From an uncultured virus (IMG/VR IMGVR_UViG_3300025087_000057) (lineage: Duplodnaviria > Heunggongvirae > Uroviricota > Caudoviricetes): a stretch of 20,000 nucleotides of DNA. The stretch lies in IMG/VR virus record IMGVR_UViG_3300025087_000057; one strand, given 5' to 3'. Made by a program: the position numbers and the translations under genes. Within the stretch, counting starts at the first letter, position 1, and each line of letters opens with the position of its first letter. Of this stretch, positions 1 through 6,295 are shown in pieces. Below the pieces are notes generated by a model that saw nothing but the letters and a program-made list of their open reading frames with translations, made no database searches and was not told where the DNA came from.

Positions 1-756
1 TTGGTTGAAAAAAGTCAAGATAGCACTAAATATGGTTTTATAAAAACTATATATGAAAATAATGCTTATCATCCAAATGCTGTTGCTGGTGATACCGCTA
101 AAGAATATATGATTGATATGTGGTTACCAGAAATAATATTCACAGAAGGAGAAACTCCTTCTCCAACATACGACCAAACTTTAACAATTATTGATACCAG
201 TGAGACATTTTTTACTGTTCAAGATATTTATACTGGAACAGTAGATTCGTTAAAAATATTTTGGGATACCGATTCTGATGTATTCGATGGCAGTAGTTAT
301 CTCGATGAAACATCTTTATCAACTCCAGATACATTATTTGCGACATCATTAATTGTAAATACTCAATATTATTTCAGAGTTCTATTGTTTGATGGAGCAG
401 TAACAGATACTTCGTCCTTGGGAAATATAACAACCCATGTTTACGACCAGACGATAACTATAATAGATACAACAAATTCGACTTTTAAAATACAAGATGC
501 TTATACTGGTATAGCCGATTCTCTCGTATTATATTATGACACAGATAGTTCTGTGTATAATGGAAGTACCAAAAAAGACATAACAACATTGGAGACACCG
601 GATACACTAACGGCCACTGGTTTAATACAAAACACAAAATATTATTTAAGGGTAATGTTGTTTGTTGCTCCTATTGTAGACACATCGGCAATAGATAGTG
701 TTACCACTTTGGATATAGAATCAACAACAAGATATTTATTAAAACTTAAAAAATAG
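1..756 (+). CDS. 5'-truncated modular protein with two ~91-aa FN3-like repeats and a short basic C-terminal tail; putative surface or virion decoration protein
   Basis: The frame is open from base 1, so the true start is probably upstream of the window; it ends at TAG 754-756. Repeats YDQTLTIIDT...PDTLFATSLIVNTQYYFRV and YDQTITIIDT...PDTLTATGLIQNTKYYLRV match the FN3 pattern 'tgL.p.T.Y.frV'. Confidence 0.7.
   Translation: MVEKSQDSTKYGFIKTIYENNAYHPNAVAGDTAKEYMIDMWLPEIIFTEGETPSPTYDQTLTIIDTSETFFTVQDIYTGTVDSLKIFWDTDSDVFDGSSYLDETSLSTPDTLFATSLIVNTQYYFRVLLFDGAVTDTSSLGNITTHVYDQTITIIDTTNSTFKIQDAYTGIADSLVLYYDTDSSVYNGSTKKDITTLETPDTLTATGLIQNTKYYLRVMLFVAPIVDTSAIDSVTTLDIESTTRYLLKLKK
169..711 (+). repeat. 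Two tandem FN3-like coding repeats (169-441 and 442-711, 273-nt period)
   Basis: Both units start TACGACCA (YDQT) at 169 and 442. Aligned motifs are DSL-x3-DTDS, TPDTL-x-AT-x-L, NT-x-YY-x-RV and DTS. Confidence 0.85.
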
Positions 757-764
757 GAGAAAAA

Positions 765-2840
765 ATGAAACGTCTATTTTTACTTTTAGCAACTTTAATT
801 ATGTTGCCAATTTTTTCGTATGCAACAGATTTTACATTGGGAGGGGGGACAGAGGACTGTAATTCTGTTACCATCAGCGCAATTGTACCAGATTCAAACT
901 ATAATGTTGATGTATATTTGAGAGTTAATGCTGCGGCCAATAACCCCGGTAGGGCAAGAGCCATTATTTATTGGCCGACATTAAATGATTCGCTTGGTGC
1001 TGGAATTATTGTATCATCATGTTCTTTATTTGTTGATTATCAAGGGGGAACAAATGATACATTGGAGTTTGGTATTTATGGTATTTTACAATCTTGGGTG
1101 GAAACTGAAGCAACATGGAATAGCTATTCAACTGGGAATACATGGAACACTGCTGGTGCTGATGGAAGTGGAACAGATAGAACTGCAACCATATATGATT
1201 TACATACTGGCTCACAAGATACAACATCAACCGGATGGTATGCCTTTGATATAACCGAATTAGCACAAACATGGGATAATGGTGCTGGTATATACAATGG
1301 AACCATGATAGCTGTAAGAACTGGTATGGGGGGATATGATGCCTCAACATTCTGGGCAGATGAATGGTCAACAACAACAAGTAGACCAAAAATTAAAATT
1401 TCTTATTCGGCTGCAAATAATCATGTTCTTACGGTTGTAGACACAAACGATGTCTCTTTTACTGTAAGCGATAACTATACGGCAGGTGGAACTCCCGATT
1501 CGATGATTCTTTTTTACGATTTGGATTCAAGTGTTTACGATGGTGATACAACCCTACATACCTCTGATATAACAGACCCAGAAGAATTAACCGCCACTTC
1601 ATTATCAGATAATATGTTATATTATTTCAGAACGGTATTTTATATATCCACATCTGCCGATACATCAGAACTTGGGAGTATTACAACATTAAACACCCCA
1701 TCTCACGAGCTCTCTGTTGTGGATACAAATTTAACGACATTTTCAGTAAGGAATAATTATAATGCCAATGATGTAGACACACTTTGGCTATTATGGGATA
1801 CCGACGCCGACACCACAGGAAGCGATACCGCTTATATTACTACTGGGATTACGCAACCAGATACACTTCAAGCAACAGGATTAACCGCCGCTACTGAATA
1901 TAATTACTGGTTTATGTTACATGACCAACTCGGTAGAAGTTTATCAACCATGGGAACCATTACAACATGGGCAGGTGATTCATATCCACCTGATTCCATG
2001 ACCACTTTTACAATACTGTATTTATTAAGTCTTGGTTCAGATAGTTTAAGAGCTACATTGGGAACCGTTGACTCTGCTGATTATACGAGATTAATTATTC
2101 AATACGGAACTACTATCCCAACTGATACAAACTCTGGAACAAGATGTGTTAACGCAGGGTCATGGGAAGATACAACTATTAACATAATATTTGATGCCGA
2201 TACTTCGACTTGGGCATATTTTTCTGTGTTTGTACTTGATGAACAGAATAATGTTTCCGACAAAACTGTGGATAGCGTTTATATTCCTGCATATACTGGT
2301 GGAGGAAGTTGTGATGTAACAGAATTAACAGCAAAAGTAGATTCATTATTAGGGGCAACATTCAGAGTTGGTTATGAATATATGATGGCCTCTGACACCA
2401 CTGGTTTATTTACTATTACGGAAGCAAGGCTTGATTCTATGTTAAATGCCAATTTTAGGGTTGGATATGCATACATGATGGCTTCCGATACCGAGAATAT
2501 TATTTCTAATCTTGTCAATTATGACCTGACAACATTTGTTGATTCATCTGCTTATATGTTCGGGAATGTAATGGTAATTGCAGGTGACAGTTCATTATGG
2601 GCAAGCACCGCCAACATGAGAGATAGTTTACAAGCAGAAGGGTCTTATTTGTATTATTTGGCATTAGCTCAAAGTGCTTTTCCAAGTGGAAAAAAAGTTT
2701 ACTATCCGAATGACGGAACCGCTTATAAAGATAGTGTTGTCTATTTAGATAATCTTGATGTTGCTAAAATGGTTGTTAGGTTTTATCATAGCAATAATCA
2801 AAATGTTTTAGACACAAGTACCACAGTATTACCAGAATAG
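765..2840 (+). CDS. Secreted modular protein: signal peptide + DNRLRE-like domain + 2 FN3-like repeats + beta-rich domain + C-terminal 31-aa repeats
   Basis: SD-like AGGAG precedes ATG 765. The N-terminus MKRLFLLLATLIMLPIFSYA is a typical Sec signal (basic n-region, hydrophobic core, S-Y-A cleavage site). SWVETEATWN...W...GA, GWYAFDITELAQTW...NG and RPKIKISY are DNRLRE-family hallmarks. The repeats at ~1419-1691 and ~1701-1970 are homologous to those in the upstream ORF. Confidence 0.75.
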   Translation: MKRLFLLLATLIMLPIFSYATDFTLGGGTEDCNSVTISAIVPDSNYNVDVYLRVNAAANNPGRARAIIYWPTLNDSLGAGIIVSSCSLFVDYQGGTNDTLEFGIYGILQSWVETEATWNSYSTGNTWNTAGADGSGTDRTATIYDLHTGSQDTTSTGWYAFDITELAQTWDNGAGIYNGTMIAVRTGMGGYDASTFWADEWSTTTSRPKIKISYSAANNHVLTVVDTNDVSFTVSDNYTAGGTPDSMILFYDLDSSVYDGDTTLHTSDITDPEELTATSLSDNMLYYFRTVFYISTSADTSELGSITTLNTPSHELSVVDTNLTTFSVRNNYNANDVDTLWLLWDTDADTTGSDTAYITTGITQPDTLQATGLTAATEYNYWFMLHDQLGRSLSTMGTITTWAGDSYPPDSMTTFTILYLLSLGSDSLRATLGTVDSADYTRLIIQYGTTIPTDTNSGTRCVNAGSWEDTTINIIFDADTSTWAYFSVFVLDEQNNVSDKTVDSVYIPAYTGGGSCDVTELTAKVDSLLGATFRVGYEYMMASDTTGLFTITEARLDSMLNANFRVGYAYMMASDTENIISNLVNYDLTTFVDSSAYMFGNVMVIAGDSSLWASTANMRDSLQAEGSYLYYLALAQSAFPSGKKVYYPNDGTAYKDSVVYLDNLDVAKMVVRFYHSNNQNVLDTSTTVLPE
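2334..2492 (+). repeat. Two near-identical 22-aa coding repeats, 31-aa (93-nt) period
   Basis: KVDSLLGATFRVGYEYMMASDT (2334-2399) and RLDSMLNANFRVGYAYMMASDT (2427-2492). Confidence 0.85.
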
Positions 2841-2849
2841 TAGGTTAAA

Positions 2850-3632
2850 ATGGGTATTGATGATTTTTCTCCAACTCCAGGTTGGGATTGGGATTTCCAT
2901 CCAGTTTTTATGGATGGAACTCTCGATAGTGAAAATAAAAATATAATATTTATCGTTAGTGATTACACTAAAGATGATTCAAATCCATCAAGAAATATAA
3001 TATTTAATGTCAAAGAAAATTCCAATGACAACAAAAATATTATATTTGTCGGTAAAGATGTATATAATTACGACAGAAATATTATATTCGAATCAGCTTA
3101 CCTTTACAATATATCAAGAAACATAACATTTATAACAAAAGATTATAATAATACAAACAGAACAATAATATTCAATTCTGGTGAAATTGATAATACCTCA
3201 AGAAACCTAATATTCCATGGAAGTGATATTTCTAATGTTGACAGAACAACTGTATTCACTGTTAAGGATACCGAGAATATAAGTAGAGATATTATATTTG
3301 TTTCTTGGATTTTTGAGAATGTATTAAGTAATGTAATTTTTCATACTAAAGACATTTCAAATGAAACAAAAAATATAATATTTACGGGAACATATCCCCA
3401 CATAGAAGTCGATGTTATTTTTAAGACCAAATCAACTGATTCAGGCACAAGCAATATTATATTAATAACGCAAGACTTACATTATACAGCTCGTTCTATT
3501 ATTATGAACACAGTGGAGGGAGATAGTGCGACAAGAAATATTATATTTCGTGGAAGAGAATTTTTGGCCGGAGGTGGTATTATTGTGGTTCCAAGGCATA
3601 AGAATATGAGAAGAAAAAGAAAAGTACTATAA
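2850..3632 (+). CDS. 14-residue tandem-repeat protein (about 15 units, consensus x-R/K-N-I-I-F-x-x-K-D-x-x-N-x) with a basic C-terminal tail; possible fibre or scaffold
   Basis: Units read directly from the translation include SRNIIFNVKENSND, NKNIIFVGKDVYNY, DRNIIFESAYLYNI, SRNITFITKDYNNT, NRTIIFNSGEIDNT and SRNLIFHGSDISNV. The protein ends GGGIIVVPRHKNMRRKRKVL. AGGT precedes ATG 2850. Confidence 0.75.
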   Translation: MGIDDFSPTPGWDWDFHPVFMDGTLDSENKNIIFIVSDYTKDDSNPSRNIIFNVKENSNDNKNIIFVGKDVYNYDRNIIFESAYLYNISRNITFITKDYNNTNRTIIFNSGEIDNTSRNLIFHGSDISNVDRTTVFTVKDTENISRDIIFVSWIFENVLSNVIFHTKDISNETKNIIFTGTYPHIEVDVIFKTKSTDSGTSNIILITQDLHYTARSIIMNTVEGDSATRNIIFRGREFLAGGGIIVVPRHKNMRRKRKVL

Positions 3633-3728
3633 ACGGTTGTTATTCAAGATGTTATGTTGATAATTTTGTTATTAAATGTTTTTTAGGCTAAAAACCCTAA
3701 AAAATATGTATATAGAGTAGGAGGTAAT
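3633..3728 (+). promoter_or_regulatory. AT-rich intergenic region with an inverted repeat (3679-3704), three TGTTAT copies and a strong RBS; possible promoter/operator for the neck-tail operon
   Basis: This is the longest non-coding gap in the window. It contains TTTTTTAGG-N8-CCTAAAAAA, TGTTAT at 3638, 3650 and 3667, and AGGAGGT at 3719-3725. Confidence 0.4.
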
Positions 3729-4535
3729 GTGAATTATAATAATGATGGACTGCAAGTTATATTATTAGACAAAGCGGAAACAATTTATAGGGAATTCCGC
3801 GATGCCGACAATCAAAAAACTGACCCGGTTTCTCCTATAGTCAGAGTATACGACCCTTCTGGCGTAAGGGTTGTTTCGGCGGCTCCGACTAAAGAAACAA
3901 CTGGTGTCTATTACTACACCATGTCTCTTGCCTCTTCTTATGCAGAGGGAATTTATCAGGCATATTGGGAAGGGACAATTAATGGTCAGTTCGTTACCAT
4001 GGATGTTCCCCAATATCTGGCCGTTCAAAAAGTTCCATGGCAGATGGGGTTGTCTTCAGAACTTGTTAATTCTGTAAGAAGGATGATAGGGGATACCAAT
4101 CCGAACAATTATAGGATATCAACCCAAGATATTTATTTTTATATAGCTGATGCTGTCGATGCCGTTCAGATGGAGTATAACATGGGATATACGGCAACCG
4201 TAACACCAACCTCTCTTTCTATAGTAAAATCTGACGGAACTGCGCCAACGGCTTTAGCGAAATCATTATTTAAGATAAAGTGTGCCGAGATTATCTTAAC
4301 CGGAGTTTTATTTGATGTTTTATTCGATGGAGCTAATATTAACGTAGCTGATATTAGAATCAATATGAGAGATACCATATCAGGAAGAAAGTCTTTAAGG
4401 GATTCTCTCAGAAGTGAATTTAGTGCCATGTTAAAACAAATAAAAATGAATGCTTATTCAGGTGGTTCAATCGTAGACAATTATGGATATAATAAATATG
4501 GAGCATCATATGTTACCCCCGGAGACACTCCATGA
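3729..4535 (+). CDS. Putative head-tail adaptor/neck protein with an N-terminal Ig-like domain
   Basis: GTG start after AGGAGGT. The first ~100 aa are Ig-like (VRVYDPSG...KETTGVYYYTM...EGIYQAYWEG). The C-half VRRMIGDTNPNNYRISTQDIYFYIADAV resembles the helical adaptor motif 'vR.liGDt......sD.eI'. It is the first gene of the neck cluster. Confidence 0.6.
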   Translation: MNYNNDGLQVILLDKAETIYREFRDADNQKTDPVSPIVRVYDPSGVRVVSAAPTKETTGVYYYTMSLASSYAEGIYQAYWEGTINGQFVTMDVPQYLAVQKVPWQMGLSSELVNSVRRMIGDTNPNNYRISTQDIYFYIADAVDAVQMEYNMGYTATVTPTSLSIVKSDGTAPTALAKSLFKIKCAEIILTGVLFDVLFDGANINVADIRINMRDTISGRKSLRDSLRSEFSAMLKQIKMNAYSGGSIVDNYGYNKYGASYVTPGDTP

Positions 4536-5011
4536 GTAAAGATTCCATAGAAAGAACTTTCATAAGACAGGTCACTGGATTAATTGATGAATACGGTAAA
4601 CCGATAGAAATACAATTTCACAGTTCATATAATTGTTCTTATTGTACGGTTAATCCGATTACTCATGAAAGTTTAAATCCTTATTGTACAACCTGTAATG
4701 GAACCGGAAAATATACTGTTTCAACATCCTATTATATAAACGGAATTGTAAACAATTTTATAGGTAATCCTAATTTTATTTTATATGGCAATGAAACTTA
4801 TAACCTAATTCCAGAAGGTAGAGCAAGAGTTACCTGTTGGTTAAATGATGTTTTAGTTGATGACCATTCTACCGGGGGAAAGACGTATCTCGATAGTGCC
4901 GATGCTGTTGTTATTTATAATAACACTTATACTGTAAAAAATTATCAAAGAACAGGAATAAACAAGGCAAGAGTTGCTGTAATTAATCTTGAATTAAAGG
5001 AAGGGGATTAG
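4532..5011 (+). CDS. Putative head-closure (stopper)-like protein with a CxxC-x13-CxxCxGxG zinc-binding insertion
   Basis: ATGA overlap with the upstream gene. Contains CSYC-TVNPITHESLNPY-CTTCNGTG. The beta-rich C-terminus (DAVVIYNNTYTVKN) and position after the adaptor fit a stopper. Confidence 0.5.
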   Translation: MSKDSIERTFIRQVTGLIDEYGKPIEIQFHSSYNCSYCTVNPITHESLNPYCTTCNGTGKYTVSTSYYINGIVNNFIGNPNFILYGNETYNLIPEGRARVTCWLNDVLVDDHSTGGKTYLDSADAVVIYNNTYTVKNYQRTGINKARVAVINLELKEGD

Positions 5012-5012
5012 A

Positions 5013-5216
5013 ATGAATGGAGAAATGGAAAATGTTGTTTTCCAGAGTATGGAAAATATGAAGAATATAGCGTTAAAAAATATATTAAATATGGTTGACG
5101 TTATTTTAGACCCAGAGGAAAGATTCAGCAGGAGAAGAGAAAAACTTCGCAAAACAATAATGGATGAGATTAACAATCTCTACCGTTACTTTTTGGGGGA
5201 GCAAAGTGAGCGTTAA
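5013..5216 (+). CDS. Small helical hypothetical phage protein (67 aa)
   Basis: GGGGA RBS-like sequence upstream; tightly packed between neck genes; amphipathic helix REKLRKTIMDEINNLYRYF. Confidence 0.6.
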   Translation: MNGEMENVVFQSMENMKNIALKNILNMVDVILDPEERFSRRREKLRKTIMDEINNLYRYFLGEQSER

Positions 5217-5793
5217 AATAACCAGTGGTGGGAGACACGCAAAAGTTCAAGTTGAACTTGGTAAGTTGGGTAAGTTTGCCGAAATTATAAAAGAAAAGTT
5301 TAATTCCAGAGACAGCAATGCCATGGGAGGGTTTCTTGATACATTCGGGAAGAAGATTGTTAGTGCTGTTGTTGAAAGATATGTCATGACAGCCAGCACT
5401 TCTGAAGATATGATGAAAAGAAGAATGAAATTGTATGGCTCTATAAATCCTTTAGATGGATTACTTGGAAGACAGATAAACTATTCCGAATATTCAAAAA
5501 TTGACAATGGATGGGAATTAATTATAGGCAATCCGACTTTATATCCACTTGGTCAGGGGGCTCCTTTTTATTCTATTTTCCAAGAGGGTGGAACCAAAGG
5601 GTCACCTATGACCCCATATGTTTTGGGGCAAAAAATAGATAAGGCAACGGGAACGATTGTCAATATTATGCATCCAGGATTACCAAACAGGGAATTTTTA
5701 TTAACTGGATTTATTTTTGGATTACAAAATGTTGGGAATGATATTAGTGCTGAGATAAAAAGATGGATTAATGAGGCGAGTAACATAAAATGA
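5206..5793 (+). CDS. HK97 gp10-like neck/tail-completion protein; probable start GTG 5206 rather than ATG 5164
   Basis: FYSIFQEGGTK and MHPGLPNREFL resemble the gp10-family 'Ya..vE.GT...HPG...rpFl'. GGGGGAG at 5195-5201 precedes the in-frame GTG 5206. Confidence 0.6.
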   Translation: MSVKITSGGRHAKVQVELGKLGKFAEIIKEKFNSRDSNAMGGFLDTFGKKIVSAVVERYVMTASTSEDMMKRRMKLYGSINPLDGLLGRQINYSEYSKIDNGWELIIGNPTLYPLGQGAPFYSIFQEGGTKGSPMTPYVLGQKIDKATGTIVNIMHPGLPNREFLLTGFIFGLQNVGNDISAEIKRWINEASNIK

Positions 5794-6281
5794 AAATAAC
5801 CAATAGTGCAAAAATGTCTATTATATATTACATCATGGAACTTATGGAAGACTTCGGATTTGTACATGGGAGATATACCGTTATTGACTCCTATCCGAAC
5901 ATTCAAACCGATTCTCCTGTATTCCCTTTAATAACAGTCGGGAGTCCGTACAGGTCTTCTGTCCCTGTTCAATTAAGTTCAAGACCATGTATAGAGATAA
6001 GGGTTGCAATAGATGTTTTTGCTAATAGCGAAGCACAGAAAAGTGATATAGTTGATTTGTTACAAGAAAATATTGTTGATAAATATTTGACTGTATACAA
6101 TTTTAGTACTGGATTCCCTTCTGCGGTTGGTGTTTATACCGGAATATCGAATTATGGTAAGATGCTTGTTAAGGGATTTTCGTCTGTTGATATGCCATCA
6201 TCTAAATTTGAAAAAATAGAACAAGAAAAATATCACGAAATGATAATAATAACAATACAATTACCAATAAATAGCCTTTGA
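5790..6281 (+). CDS. Putative tail terminator / tail completion protein
   Basis: ATGA overlap. Motifs FPLITVG and IRVAIDVFANSEAQKSDIVDLL are typical of gpU/gp17-like terminators. It lies immediately upstream of the tail tube gene. Confidence 0.6.
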   Translation: MKITNSAKMSIIYYIMELMEDFGFVHGRYTVIDSYPNIQTDSPVFPLITVGSPYRSSVPVQLSSRPCIEIRVAIDVFANSEAQKSDIVDLLQENIVDKYLTVYNFSTGFPSAVGVYTGISNYGKMLVKGFSSVDMPSSKFEKIEQEKYHEMIIITIQLPINSL

Positions 6282-6295
6282 AAGGAGGAATTGGA

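Noticed and set aside
2930..3565. 42-nt periodicity as a possible CRISPR array or DNA-level repeat
   Set aside because: Conservation is at the amino-acid level with synonymous divergence, there are no identical repeats with unique spacers, and the region is an open reading frame.
2850..3632. Several N-x-S/T sequons in the repeat protein as N-glycosylation sites
   Set aside because: They follow from the repeat consensus (N-x-S/T-R-N), and the protein has no signal peptide, so there is no independent support.
5164..6295. ORF-track starts at ATG 5164 and TTG 6278
   Set aside because: Better RBS-linked in-frame starts exist at GTG 5206 and ATG 6296.
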